Below the pieces are notes generated by a model that made no database searches, had not been told where the DNA came from, and saw nothing but the letters and a program-made list of their open reading frames with translations. Of a DNA stretch of 64,000 bases, positions 1-9,897 are shown one piece after another. Position 1 is the first letter of the stretch; every line of letters begins with the position of its first letter. Origin of the DNA: an uncultured Gemmatimonadales bacterium (GTDB lineage Bacteria; Gemmatimonadota; Gemmatimonadetes; Gemmatimonadales; GWC2-71-9); contig CAWBZM010000003.1 in assembly GCA_963793205.1 (NCBI GenBank), forward strand, positions 218,193 to 282,192. The letters run 5' to 3'. The position numbers and the translations under genes are program-made.

Positions 1-38
1 AACTTCATTTACCGAGCCAGGAAGACGAATTGGGGCCA

Positions 39-67
39 ATTGTAAGGGGAGCAGTAAGATGTGGCAA
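39..67 (-). promoter_or_regulatory. putative sigma70-type promoter firing leftward out of the window
   Basis: Minus-strand TTGCCA (67-62), 17 nt spacer, TACAAT (44-39), in a locally AT-richer patch. The downstream gene lies outside the window. Confidence 0.45.
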
Positions 68-135
68 GACCAAGACTTAGCCCAGCCCCTGCCCCCCCTT
101 TCAGGGGTGTGAGCAGGGTCACCATTGGTCCGATT

Positions 136-219
136 GGGAACGGGGGACGGGGAACGGGAGTGAGGCCATCCCCACCGCCTCCCTCTTCCCCGTTCCCTCT
201 CCCCGTTCCCACTTCCCTG
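136..219. repeat. hairpin microsatellite element A (GGGGAAC-type arms plus conserved core)
   Basis: G-rich arm 136-159 (GGGAACG-like units), loop 160-180 carrying the reverse complement of GGAGGCGGTGGGGATGGCCTC, C-rich arm 181-219 (CCCGTTCCC-like units). It ends 2 nt from the dut stop codon. Confidence 0.8.
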
Positions 220-221
220 TC

Positions 222-659
222 TTATCGCCCGGTGCTCCCGAACCCACCCTCCCCTCGGCCGGTCGGAGGCAACTCGGTCACCTCCTGCCACGTGGCCTGC
301 TCCACCCTGGCGAAGACCAGCTGCGCGATCCGCATTCCGCGGGTGATCTCGAACGGCTCGGTGCCCAGGTTCACCAGCGCCACCATCAGTTCCCCACGGT
401 AGTCCGAATCGATCGTGGCCGGGCTGTTGGGGAGGGTGATCCCGTGCTTGAATGCCAACCCCGAGCGGGGCCGGATCTGACATTCGAACCCTGCGGGGAT
501 CGCGATGGCAAACCCGGTCCGGAAAATCCGGCGTTCCAGGGGCGCCAGGGTCCCGACGTCAGCACTGGCAATGTCGTAGCCGGCGGATCCGGCCGTGGCC
601 AGGGCCGGGACCGGCAGACCGTCCCCGTGGGGGAGGCGGGTGAAGGGCAGTGTCAGCAT
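222..659 (-). CDS. dut: dUTP diphosphatase
   Basis: 145 aa ORF with dUTPase motifs ([25 protein letters not shown]). ATG at 659. Confidence 0.93.
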   Translation of the reverse strand: MLTLPFTRLPHGDGLPVPALATAGSAGYDIASADVGTLAPLERRIFRTGFAIAIPAGFECQIRPRSGLAFKHGITLPNSPATIDSDYRGELMVALVNLGTEPFEITRGMRIAQLVFARVEQATWQEVTELPPTGRGEGGFGSTGR

Positions 660-664
660 GGGTG

Positions 665-751
665 GAATCGGGAGGGAGGGGAGAAAACCAGGGCCGGGAA
701 TCGAGGGGCAAGGCGATCTCGCCTCGTCACCCTCGACCTCGACCCTCGACC
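665..751. repeat. small hairpin element F (TCGAGGG / CCCTCGA units)
   Basis: Left side carries GAATCGGGAGGGAGGGG and GGAATCGAGGGG. Central palindrome GGCGATCTCGCC at 712-723. Right side is CCCTCGA CCTCGA CCCTCGA (730-749). Lies between the ald stop and the dut start. Confidence 0.5.
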
Positions 752-761
752 GAAGACCAGA

Positions 762-1874
762 CTACAGCAGCGTATCGACGTCGACCAGCGGCAGATTGAA
801 CGCCTCCGCCACACCCGCGTAGCAGACCTTGCCGTCGACCACGTTGAGCCCAAGCTTGAGTGCCGGGTCGTCCTTGCAGGCCTTTTTCCAGCCGTCCCGG
901 GCCAGCCGGAGCCCATAGGACAGGGTCGCGTTGGTCAGTGCCAGCGTCGAGGTCCGGGGCACGCCGCCGGGCATATTCGCCACGGCATAGTGCAGGATCC
1001 CATCCACGAAGTAGGTGGGGTTCTCATGGGTGGTCGGCTTGATGGTCTCGACACAGCCGCCCTGGTCCACCGCCACGTCCACGATCACCGAGCCGGGCTT
1101 CATCACCTTCAGGTCTTCCCGCTTGACCAGATGTGGCGCCTTGGCCCCCGGCAGCAGCACCGCCCCGACCACCAGGTCGGCCCGGCGAATGGCATCGAGG
1201 ATGTTGTGCCGGTTGGAGTACAGGGTCGTCACATTCGCCGGCAGGACGTCGTCGAGATAGCGCAGGCGGTCCAGCGAGATGTCCAGGATGGTCACCCGGG
1301 CACCCAGCCCAGCCGCCATCTTGGCGGCATTGATCCCCACAACCCCACCGCCGATGATCGCCACCTCACCCGGGGCTACGCCTGGTACGCCACCCAACAG
1401 GACGCCACTGCCCCCGAAGACCTTCTCGAGGTACTTGGCGCCTTCCTGCACCGCCATCCGACCCGCGACCTCCGACATCGGGGTCAGCAGCGGCAGCTCG
1501 CCCGAGGGCAGCTGCACCGTCTCGTACACCACCGCGATCGCCTTCGACTTGATGACCGCCCTGGTCAGCTCTTCGGCGGCAGCGAAGTGGAAGTAGGTGT
1601 AGATGATCTGGCCGGCACGCATGCGGGGCCATTCGACGGCGATCGGCTCCTTGACCTTCATGATCATATCGGACTTGGCCCAGACCTCCTCGGCTGTGCC
1701 GAGGATGGTGGCGCCCGCCGCCACGAAGGCCTCGTCCGGAAAGCCGCTGCCCAAGCCGGCCCCCTTCTCGATGTATACGGTGTTGCCGCGGCTGACAAAC
1801 GCCTCCGCTCCTGCCGGGACCAGGGCCACGCGGTTCTCGTTGGTCTTGATCTCTTTGGGGACGCCGATGATCAT
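762..1874 (-). CDS. ald: alanine dehydrogenase
   Basis: [19 protein letters not shown]-terminus and GGGVVG Rossmann motif, full-length similarity to Ald. ATG at 1874 chosen over the upstream ORF start at 1922. Confidence 0.9.
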   Translation of the reverse strand: MIIGVPKEIKTNENRVALVPAGAEAFVSRGNTVYIEKGAGLGSGFPDEAFVAAGATILGTAEEVWAKSDMIMKVKEPIAVEWPRMRAGQIIYTYFHFAAAEELTRAVIKSKAIAVVYETVQLPSGELPLLTPMSEVAGRMAVQEGAKYLEKVFGGSGVLLGGVPGVAPGEVAIIGGGVVGINAAKMAAGLGARVTILDISLDRLRYLDDVLPANVTTLYSNRHNILDAIRRADLVVGAVLLPGAKAPHLVKREDLKVMKPGSVIVDVAVDQGGCVETIKPTTHENPTYFVDGILHYAVANMPGGVPRTSTLALTNATLSYGLRLARDGWKKACKDDPALKLGLNVVDGKVCYAGVAEAFNLPLVDVDTLL

Positions 1875-1973
1875 GGGATACTTCCTGTGTGAGTCAGGCT
1901 GTGTGTTGACTGGTTCAACCAAGCGTTGACCTGCTGCCCTTCGAATGCCCGCCCTGCCCCGTCCTCCCGCGCC

Positions 1974-3230
1974 CTACGACCCCGGTCCCAGCCGCACCAC
2001 GGTTTGCCGCTCCGGCGGGAAGAACTCAGCCGCCAGGGCGTTGACATCCTCCCGGGTGACGGCGGCAATTTCCGCGAGCGTTGCGTCGAGTGGCCGGTAA
2101 CTTTCCCCGTGCATCACCGCCGTCGCGAGCCGGTTCATCCGGCTGACCGGTGCTTCCAGGGAGAGCATCACCTGGCCGCGCAGCTGTTGCCGTCCTTCCC
2201 CCAGTTCCACTTCCGACAGTCCCTCGTTGGACAACCGGCGGTACTCGGCCCGGATGGCCTCAACGGCCTGGTCGGCTGTCCTGGGCTGGGTCCCGATATA
2301 GACGCCCGCCACCCCGGCGGCCTGCAGGAACTGCTGATAGGCGTAAATGCCGTAGGCCAGTCCCAGCTCTTCCCGGATGCGCTGGAACAACCGGCTCGAC
2401 ATTCCGCCGCCAAAGATATTGGTCAGGATCGACATCGCGAACCGGCGCCGGTCCCGGTAGGGAAAGGTGTCGGAGCCGAAGACGAGATGGACCTGGGCAC
2501 TGTCCCGTTCTGCCCGGAACTCCACCCCTCGGTGCGCCGGCCGGCTGAGCACCGGGGGGCGGGGCGGTGTCGCCTGGTCACCGGCAAACCACCCTTCCCG
2601 CTCCAGCATGGTGAGCAGAGCGGCATGATCGAGCCGTCCGGCCGCGGCAATCACGCAGTTCCCGGGGTAATAGCCCGCGCGATGCACGGCCTGGAGATCG
2701 GTCGCCTGCAGCGCGCCGACCGTGTCTGGCGTGCCGAGGATCGAGTAGCCGTAGGGATGATCGGGCCAGAGCTGGTCGCTGAACAGCTCGTGGACCATGT
2801 CGTCTGGGGTATCCTCGACCGTGGCGATCTCCTCGAGCACCACATTGCGCTCGAGCTGGAGATCCTGGTCGCGGAGGAGCGGCCGGCGAACCAGGTCGGT
2901 CAGGACATCGACCGCCCGGGACAGGTCCTCATCGAGGACATGGGCCTGATAATTGGTGTGATCCCGGCTGGTATAGGCGTCGAGGGACCCGCCACGGACT
3001 TCAAGCTCCAGCGCCAGTTGGCGGGCGCTGCGGCGTTCGGTCCCCTTGAACACCATGTGCTCGAGCAGATGGGACACCCCCATCTTGCCGCGGGCCTCAT
3101 GGGCACTGGCACTGCGTACCCATACGCCGACGGCCACCGACCGAACTCCGGGGAGGAGTTCGGTCAGGACCGTCAGGCCATTCGGCAGGACGGTCTGGTG
3201 GAGCCCTGTGTCGAGCTGCTGAGTCTCCAC
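1974..3230 (-). CDS. M16 family zinc peptidase (insulinase/PqqL-like)
   Basis: 418 aa ORF with the inverted zinc motif HLLEHMVFKGT. GTG start at 3230, 10 nt after the pnp stop. Confidence 0.85.
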   Translation of the reverse strand: METQQLDTGLHQTVLPNGLTVLTELLPGVRSVAVGVWVRSASAHEARGKMGVSHLLEHMVFKGTERRSARQLALELEVRGGSLDAYTSRDHTNYQAHVLDEDLSRAVDVLTDLVRRPLLRDQDLQLERNVVLEEIATVEDTPDDMVHELFSDQLWPDHPYGYSILGTPDTVGALQATDLQAVHRAGYYPGNCVIAAAGRLDHAALLTMLEREGWFAGDQATPPRPPVLSRPAHRGVEFRAERDSAQVHLVFGSDTFPYRDRRRFAMSILTNIFGGGMSSRLFQRIREELGLAYGIYAYQQFLQAAGVAGVYIGTQPRTADQAVEAIRAEYRRLSNEGLSEVELGEGRQQLRGQVMLSLEAPVSRMNRLATAVMHGESYRPLDATLAEIAAVTREDVNALAAEFFPPERQTVVRLGPGS

Positions 3231-3240
3231 AGGCGTGGAC

Positions 3241-5328
3241 CTACTCCTTCGGGATGAGCGCCTTCCGGGACAGCTTCATCCGGCCCTTCTCATCCACCTC
3301 GAGCAGCTTCACTTTCACGATGTCGCCCTTCTTGACGACATCCTCGGTCTTCTCGGTGCGGCCGTGCTGCAGTTCGCTGATGTGGAGCAGCCCCTCGACG
3401 CCGGGCATGATCTCGACGAAGGCGCCGAACGCGGTGGTGCTCTTGATCGGTCCCTCGTAGGTCTTACCGACTTCGGGCTCCTGCACCATCGCCAGAATCA
3501 TCTGGCGGGCCTTCTCGCCCGCCTCACCACCCACCGCGGCCACGGTCACCAGCCCCGAGTCCTCGATGCTGATCTTGGCGCCAGTGGCGTCCTGGATGCC
3601 ACGGATGGTCTTGCCCTTCGGGCCGATGATGTCGCCGATCTTGTCCGGCTTGACCATGAGCGTGATGATCCGCGGCGCGTAGGGCGACAGCTCGGCACGG
3701 GGCTTGGACAGCGCCTTTTCCATTTCCTTGAGGATGTGGAGCCGGCCCTTCCGGGCCTTCTCCAGCGCCTCTTCCATCAGCTTCAGATCGAGCCCTTCGA
3801 TCTTGATGTCCATCTGGATCGAGGTGATGCCGGCCGTGGTGCCCGCCACCTTGAAGTCCATGTCGCCCAGGTGATCCTCGGAGCCCAGGATGTCGGTCAG
3901 GATCGCGACCTTCTTCCCCTCCTTGATCAGGCCCATCGCCACACCGGCGCAGGCGGCCTTGATCGGCACACCGGCGTCCAGCAGCGCGAGGCTCGAGCCG
4001 CAGACCGTCGCCATCGAGGAGGAGCCGTTCGACTCGAGAATCTCCGACACCACCCGCAGGGTGTAGGGGAAGCCTTCGAAGTCCGGCAGCAGCGGCTGGA
4101 TGGCCCGCTCCGCCAGGGCGCCATGACCGATTTCGCGCCGGCTGGTGCCGCGGATCATCTTCACTTCCCCGGTCGAGTACGGCGGGAAGTTGTAGTGCAG
4201 CATGAACGACTTGGTGGTCTCGGTGGTGCTGTCGATACTGTCGATCCGCTGCTCGTCATCCGCAGTGCCCAGCGTGATGGCGACCAGAGCCTGGGTCTCG
4301 CCGCGCTGGAACAGCGCCGAGCCATGGACCCGCGGCAGCAGACCGGTGTCGATCATGATCGGACGGATGGTGTCGGGGTCCCGGCCATCCACCCGCTCGC
4401 CCTTGTCCAGCACCTGGGACCGCATCACCCGGTATTCGACGTCTTCGAGCAGGGAACCGAACTGCTTCACGTTGTCCGGGAATTCTGCGGTCAGCGTCTC
4501 GAGGGCCTTGCTGCGCACCAGCTTGCCTGCGGCGGCGCGACCGGCCTTGTCCTTGGCGTTGATCGCCTTGGCCAGGTCCTTCTCGGTCAGCTCCACCACC
4601 CGCTTCACCAGCTTCGGATCGGCTTCTTCCTTCTTCCAGTCCATCTTCTCCGACTTCATCTTGCTGGTAACCTTGTCCACCGTCCCCAGCAGCTCCTTGA
4701 TGCCCTTCTGGGCCACCTTGAGCGCCTCCAGCACCTCCGCCTCGGAGATCTGCAGCGCGCCACCCTCGACCATCAGGATCGAGTCGGCCGTGCCGCTGAC
4801 CGTAATGTCCAGGGAAGAGAACTCCAGCTGCTGGAAGGTCGGATTCAGAATCCAGTTGCCCTCGACCCGGCCCACCCGCACGGCGGCGATCGGACCGTTC
4901 CACGGAATCTTGGACATCGAGAGGGCGGCCGAGACCGCCGTCAGGCCCAGCACATCGGCGTCATTCTCCTGGTCCGCGGAGAGCACGGTCACGAAGACCT
5001 GCACTTCGTTCTTGAAGCCCTCGGGGAACAGCGGCCGGATCGACCGGTCGATGACCCGGCAGGCCAGAATCTCCTTGTCGCTCGGGCGCCCTTCGCGCTT
5101 CAGGAACCCACCCGGAATCTTGCCCGCGGCGTAGGTCTTCTCGCGATATTCAACCGTCAGCGGGAAGAACGGCAGCGACGACTGATTGGAGGAGACGGTG
5201 ACGGCGGCGAGGACCACGGTGTCACCGAACTGGAGCAGGGCGGACCCGGCGGCCTGCTTGGCGAGGCGGCCGGACTCGAGGATGAACTTGCGGCCGGCAA
5301 ACTGCGTTTCGTTGCGATGGACGGTCAC
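3241..5328 (-). CDS. pnp: polyribonucleotide nucleotidyltransferase (PNPase)
   Basis: Two RNase PH domains plus KH and S1 tail. GTG at 5328 is preceded by AGGAAG. The ORF-track start at 5364 is a TTG and less likely. Confidence 0.93.
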   Translation of the reverse strand: MTVHRNETQFAGRKFILESGRLAKQAAGSALLQFGDTVVLAAVTVSSNQSSLPFFPLTVEYREKTYAAGKIPGGFLKREGRPSDKEILACRVIDRSIRPLFPEGFKNEVQVFVTVLSADQENDADVLGLTAVSAALSMSKIPWNGPIAAVRVGRVEGNWILNPTFQQLEFSSLDITVSGTADSILMVEGGALQISEAEVLEALKVAQKGIKELLGTVDKVTSKMKSEKMDWKKEEADPKLVKRVVELTEKDLAKAINAKDKAGRAAAGKLVRSKALETLTAEFPDNVKQFGSLLEDVEYRVMRSQVLDKGERVDGRDPDTIRPIMIDTGLLPRVHGSALFQRGETQALVAITLGTADDEQRIDSIDSTTETTKSFMLHYNFPPYSTGEVKMIRGTSRREIGHGALAERAIQPLLPDFEGFPYTLRVVSEILESNGSSSMATVCGSSLALLDAGVPIKAACAGVAMGLIKEGKKVAILTDILGSEDHLGDMDFKVAGTTAGITSIQMDIKIEGLDLKLMEEALEKARKGRLHILKEMEKALSKPRAELSPYAPRIITLMVKPDKIGDIIGPKGKTIRGIQDATGAKISIEDSGLVTVAAVGGEAGEKARQMILAMVQEPEVGKTYEGPIKSTTAFGAFVEIMPGVEGLLHISELQHGRTEKTEDVVKKGDIVKVKLLEVDEKGRMKLSRKALIPKE

Positions 5329-5371
5329 GACGGCTTCCTGTCTTTCTGTCTTTGGTGGCCCCAATAGACTG

Positions 5372-5403
5372 AGGGCGTCCCGGCCACCTGGCTGGGACGC
5401 CCT
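5372..5403 (-). promoter_or_regulatory. rpsO-pnp intergenic stem-loop
   Basis: AGGGCGTCCC (5372-5381) pairs with GGGACGCCCT (5394-5403), a 10 bp stem with a 12 nt loop between the rpsO stop and the pnp start. Confidence 0.5.
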
Positions 5404-5419
5404 GGATCACACGTGGCGG

Positions 5420-5680
5420 TTAGTGACGGAGACCGAGCTGCTCGAGCAGCGAACGGTAGGTCCCGAGGTCGTTTCGCTTGAGGTAATTCAGCAGCCGCCG
5501 ACGGGTACCGACCATCTTGAGGAGGCCACGACGGCCATGATGGTCCTTCGGGTGGGTCCGGAAGTGATCCGTCAGCGAGTTGATGCGCTCGGTCAGGAGA
5601 GAGACCTGGACCTTGGCGGAGCCGGTGTCCGTTTCGTGGAGCTGCTGCTTCGCGATGACCGTCTGCTTGTCAAATGCCAT
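5420..5680 (-). CDS. rpsO: 30S ribosomal protein S15
   Basis: MAFDKQ...[25 protein letters not shown], typical S15. ATG at 5680. Confidence 0.93.
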   Translation of the reverse strand: MAFDKQTVIAKQQLHETDTGSAKVQVSLLTERINSLTDHFRTHPKDHHGRRGLLKMVGTRRRLLNYLKRNDLGTYRSLLEQLGLRH

Positions 5681-5782
5681 GCTGCGTGTATCCTCTGGGC
5701 ACGATGTGGGCGAAGCCCACGCGGTTATTTTCGTCAGTAGCACACCAAAATAGCGCTAGACTCCCCGCGCGGGCAACCCCAC

Positions 5783-6745
5783 ATGGCCGGTTCCACCCCT
5801 GTTAATCCTGCCGCACCGGCTGCCGGTCAGCAGATCGGGCCCTATGTGCTCGATCAGTTGCTGGGCCAGGGGGGATTTGCCTGGGTCTGGGCGGCCACGA
5901 GGAACGACGATAAGTCCTTTGCTGTCAAGATCTTAAAGCCACGGTACGCCAACGACCCGCCGTTCGAGAGCCGATTCCGCAAGGAAGCCGGCTTCGCCGC
6001 GGGCCTGGAACATCCCAATGTGGTCCGGATCGAGGAAGTGGGGCCGGAGGGGGAGACACCGTACTTCTCCATGGACCTGTATCCCGACAGTCTGAACGAC
6101 CGGCTCAACCGGGAGACCGCGCTCACCGAGTCGGCAGCGGTCGCCATCGGCATCGGAATCAGCCAGGCCCTCGCCTTCGCGCACTCCCAGAACGTGGTGC
6201 ACCGCGACATCAAGCCGGACAACATCCTCCTCGCGGCGGACGAGCGCCCGGTGCTCACCGATTTCGGGATTGCCCGCGCCGTCAGCGGCTATGTCGCGGC
6301 GACGGGGTTCACGATGACCATCGGGACGCCGGCCTATCTCTCGCCGGAACAGGCCCAGGGTCGGACCCTCGATGGTCGGTCGGACCTCTATTCGCTCGGA
6401 ATCACACTCTACCGCACCGTGGTGGGCGAGGTCCCGTTCCGCTCCACCGACTGGTTTGAACTGGCCCGGATGCACGTCGAGGACCGCCCCGAGCCGCTCC
6501 GGGCCCGTCGTCCCGACCTCTCCAAGCGGTTCGAGCGCATCGTGCTCCGGCTGCTGGCCAAGCATCCCGATGATCGCTACCCCACCGCCACCGACCTGCT
6601 GGCGGACCTGCAGGACGTGGCCACCCGGACCCGGCCCACCGCCGACATCCCCCTCCCGGCCGACTACCTGCGGGACTCCCGGGCCGCCAACCGCCAGGCC
6701 AACCGCCCGTCCGCGACCCGGAAGCCGTGGTGGAAACCCTGGTGA
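5783..6745 (+). CDS. Ser/Thr protein kinase (kinase domain plus short basic tail)
   Basis: GQGGFAWV glycine loop, AVK, HRDIKPDNILL, DFGIA, APE-like SPE motifs. Confidence 0.88.
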   Translation: MAGSTPVNPAAPAAGQQIGPYVLDQLLGQGGFAWVWAATRNDDKSFAVKILKPRYANDPPFESRFRKEAGFAAGLEHPNVVRIEEVGPEGETPYFSMDLYPDSLNDRLNRETALTESAAVAIGIGISQALAFAHSQNVVHRDIKPDNILLAADERPVLTDFGIARAVSGYVAATGFTMTIGTPAYLSPEQAQGRTLDGRSDLYSLGITLYRTVVGEVPFRSTDWFELARMHVEDRPEPLRARRPDLSKRFERIVLRLLAKHPDDRYPTATDLLADLQDVATRTRPTADIPLPADYLRDSRAANRQANRPSATRKPWWKPW

Positions 6746-7651
6746 TCAGGGCGTGAGGCTGCCGGACTCCGGCGTCAGCTGCTCCACCGTGCGCTGGTCC
6801 AGCTTGTAGCGCCCCGGCCCATCCGTGGTGCGGACCATCCAGCCCCAGGGCATGGAGTCGAGGTCCATCCGACCCAGAACCGCGCCACCCCGCCCGAACA
6901 GCTGTACCCGGCGCTCGGCCGGGGCAAAGGGCGCGGAATCGACCTGGGCCGCCGTGGGGAATCCGGTGGCGGGCACCGAGACAAAGGTCGTGAGGTAGTG
7001 CCGTACCTTCACGCTGTCCGCCGCACCGGCGCCGGCGAGCCGCCATCCCGCCCCATCCCGTTCCACCCGCCAGTGGGTCCGGCCCCGGTCCACCTCGACC
7101 GCGCCGATGCTGTCCGCGGCGGCGGCGAGCATGACCTTGTCGCGCCATTCCTCCAGTGATTGCACCGTCAGATTGGCGAAGGTACCCCGGAGCAGGAACA
7201 CCCGCGGATCCTCGCCCTGCCGCACGTAGAATCCATCGAAGTCCGGCCCCCGGCTCCCGAAGGACAGGTCGAGCAGGGTCGCGCCGCCGCCCCGCACCGT
7301 GAGATGGGTGGCCTTGAGGCTGTCGACCCCGAGCCGGGCATGCGACGCGGCGCTCTCGGCCACCAGCTCACTCCGCGTTGAGCTGTCGGTTACGGCCCGG
7401 AAGAATGCGGTGACGACGGGCCGGGCAGCAGGGAACCCGTTCACCGTCCAGTTCGCCTCGTGGCGAGCGAGGACGATGGTATCCGCCGGACCCGCGTACC
7501 GGATCGTATCGGTCGCCCCCGGCGTCAGGGCCGGCAGCTGCACCCCGATGCTCCGGTCCGTCTGGCTCCGCCGCAGCCGGGCCAACCCGGCCCAGACCAC
7601 CAGCGCCACAATCAGGATCGCGGCGAGCCGCCGCAGCAGGACCGGGCTCAT
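6746..7651 (-). CDS. membrane-anchored hypothetical protein, last gene of the ABC/GldG operon (DUF4340-like position)
   Basis: N-terminal TM helix LRRLAAILIVALVVWAGL. Its ATG at 7651 overlaps the stop of the upstream permease (ATGA). Family assignment rests on context only. Confidence 0.6.
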   Translation of the reverse strand: MSPVLLRRLAAILIVALVVWAGLARLRRSQTDRSIGVQLPALTPGATDTIRYAGPADTIVLARHEANWTVNGFPAARPVVTAFFRAVTDSSTRSELVAESAASHARLGVDSLKATHLTVRGGGATLLDLSFGSRGPDFDGFYVRQGEDPRVFLLRGTFANLTVQSLEEWRDKVMLAAAADSIGAVEVDRGRTHWRVERDGAGWRLAGAGAADSVKVRHYLTTFVSVPATGFPTAAQVDSAPFAPAERRVQLFGRGGAVLGRMDLDSMPWGWMVRTTDGPGRYKLDQRTVEQLTPESGSLTP

Positions 7652-9897
7652 GCGGCCTCCGGCGCCGACGGAGTGGTGCCGTGCGGCTGCCACGGCTGCA
7701 TCGATCGCCGCCGCCGCCGGACCAGTCGCACCAGACCCCACAGGCCAATCAGCAGGGGCAGGAGGATCAGATTGGCGTACTTGACCCCCTCCTGCAGCGC
7801 CCGGTTGGTGAACAGCAGGCGCGGCGGTCGACGGTCCCGGCTGCGGATGGAGATCAGGGCCTCGTCCTGTGCCAGCCAGTCGATCGCGTTCAGCGTGAAG
7901 CTGACGTTATCCGGCGAGGCGGAGAGATAGCGGTCGGTGGCGAACTCCATATTCCCGACCACCACCAGTCGCCCCCCGGTGCCAGCCCCGGGCGCGGGCT
8001 GGACCTGCGCCCCGAGCAACTGGGTCTTCCCATCACCTCGGGGGAAGCTGCGCACCGGATCGAGGTTGATGTCCCCCTCGGCGACCCCGGCGGCCCGGCT
8101 CGACGTGAGCAGTGGCACAATCGTCCCCGGCTTGGCTCCGGTGGTGTCGAGCGAACTGACCCAGGGCAGGAAGATTTCTCCGATCCCATCCGTGATGATG
8201 CTGCCACCCACCGCGAGCGCCCGCACCCAGAACGGATAGGGCTGGTAGACTCCCTGCCCACCGCCGGCACCAGGCACGGGCACCATCTGGTTGGAGGACA
8301 GGTCATAGACGAGGTCGGGGCGGACTTTCACGCCGTAGGGCTTCAACAGGAAATTCCACACCGGCTCGCGGCCGGTCGCCTTGGGCGTCCGACCGTCGAT
8401 CGGCGCTCCAGTGGTCATAAGCAGCGCGCCACCACCCCGACGCATGAATGCCTGCAAGGCATCCCGGGCCGCGACCGACAGGGTATCCGGCTGCCCCGCA
8501 ATGATCACCGCGACCAGCGTCGTATCGGCCAGCGGAGTCGGGTCGGCCAGCGACACCGGCACCACCTCGTAGCTCTTGGCCAGCTGCTCCTGGATGATGC
8601 TGAGGCTGCGTCCTTCCCGGCCCCAATCCTCCATGGCCACGATCAGGCCCAGCCGGCGCTTGGCCGAGCGGGTCATCCCCCTGATGGACGAGGCGATACG
8701 ATACTCGAGGTCATCGGTGCGGCGCACAAACGGGATCGGCTCGCTGGCGTCGGCATACTGAACGACCAGCCCGAGGTAGCCCTCCTTCACCTGCAGGGAG
8801 GACTGACCGACGACGTTGAATTGCACCGGGACGATGCCGAGGTTGGCCGCTTCCCGCTTGACCGCCGGATCAGAGTCGGGATCTCGCTCGATGATCCGGA
8901 TCTTCCCCTTCCCCGCACTGCGCAGATCCCCCAGCAGGTCGTCCAGGTCCCGCTTCATGAGCCCGACCTCCGCCGGCAGTTCCGGGGAGGCAAACAGCTT
9001 GATCGTGACCAGGTCGCTGAGATTGCCGACCAGTTGCTTGCTCGCCGGCGACAGGGTGTAGGCGCGACCCGGGGTCAGGTCGAGCCGGCCACTGATGTAG
9101 CTGCCGAGCAGGTTCACCACCACGAGCGTGGCCACCACCAGGAGCACGCCGAGCCGGAGACGCCGCACCGGCCCGTGGCCGGCGGCCAGCTTGCGGGCCA
9201 TGAGCGACCCATAGGCCAGCGTCATGAAGATCGCGGCGAGCGAGACGAAGTAGACCACGTCACGCAGGTCGATCACGCCGCGCCCGATGCTGTCGAAATG
9301 AGCCAGGACGCCGAGGCGGGCCGCGATGATGCCCAGCTGGGCCGGGAGGCCGACCACCAGCGGATTCAGGCCGACGAGAATCAGCAGGAACATCACCGCC
9401 ACCGCCACGATGAAGGCGGTGATCTGGCTCCGCGCGACACCCGATGCCCATACCCCCACGCCGGCGAGTCCGGCGGCGAGCAGCATGGCGCCGACGTACT
9501 GCGCCGTCACCGCGCCCCACTGCATGTGGGCACCGAGGGTGAGCGAGGCGGGAATCACAAGCGTTGCCATCAGCGCGACCCAGAGGAACAGGGTGGCGCC
9601 GAGATACTTGCCGAGCAGCAGCTGCAGCTCGTTGATCGGCTGGGAGAGGAGCACTTCCAGCGTGCCGTGGCGCGTGTCTTCCGCCAGGGTGCGCATGGCG
9701 ACCGCAGGCACGAAGAACAGCAGCACCCAGGGCAGGATGTCCATCATCGGCCGCATGGTGGCCGAGTTGGTCAGGTACGCCTGTCGGAAGAAGAGAAAGG
9801 CGTTGATGACCAGAAACACGATCAGCAGCACATAGCCGGCGGGGCTGTCGAACAGCGACTTGAGTTCCCGGCGGGCAATCGTCCAGATCGCTTTCAT
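7648..9897 (-). CDS. ABC-2 type permease fused to a GldG-like periplasmic domain
   Basis: MKAIWTIARRELKSLFDSPAGYV N-terminus typical of ABC-2 permeases, about 6 TM helices, then a large extracytoplasmic region and a C-terminal TM helix. The start at 9897 overlaps the ATPase stop. Confidence 0.8.
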   Translation of the reverse strand: MKAIWTIARRELKSLFDSPAGYVLLIVFLVINAFLFFRQAYLTNSATMRPMMDILPWVLLFFVPAVAMRTLAEDTRHGTLEVLLSQPINELQLLLGKYLGATLFLWVALMATLVIPASLTLGAHMQWGAVTAQYVGAMLLAAGLAGVGVWASGVARSQITAFIVAVAVMFLLILVGLNPLVVGLPAQLGIIAARLGVLAHFDSIGRGVIDLRDVVYFVSLAAIFMTLAYGSLMARKLAAGHGPVRRLRLGVLLVVATLVVVNLLGSYISGRLDLTPGRAYTLSPASKQLVGNLSDLVTIKLFASPELPAEVGLMKRDLDDLLGDLRSAGKGKIRIIERDPDSDPAVKREAANLGIVPVQFNVVGQSSLQVKEGYLGLVVQYADASEPIPFVRRTDDLEYRIASSIRGMTRSAKRRLGLIVAMEDWGREGRSLSIIQEQLAKSYEVVPVSLADPTPLADTTLVAVIIAGQPDTLSVAARDALQAFMRRGGGALLMTTGAPIDGRTPKATGREPVWNFLLKPYGVKVRPDLVYDLSSNQMVPVPGAGGGQGVYQPYPFWVRALAVGGSIITDGIGEIFLPWVSSLDTTGAKPGTIVPLLTSSRAAGVAEGDINLDPVRSFPRGDGKTQLLGAQVQPAPGAGTGGRLVVVGNMEFATDRYLSASPDNVSFTLNAIDWLAQDEALISIRSRDRRPPRLLFTNRALQEGVKYANLILLPLLIGLWGLVRLVRRRRRSMQPWQPHGTTPSAPEAA

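Noticed and set aside
444-1892. Long ORFs antisense to or overlapping recognisable genes, for example 444-1892 +, 3235-5367 +, 7681-9960 +, 10410-12314 +, 28689-30500 +, 45437-47905 + and 51788-53320 +.
   Set aside because: Each lies opposite to, or in an alternative frame of, a well-conserved housekeeping gene. The translations are Arg/Gly/Pro/Ala-rich and low-complexity with no recognisable motifs. Stop-poor alternative frames are expected at this GC content.
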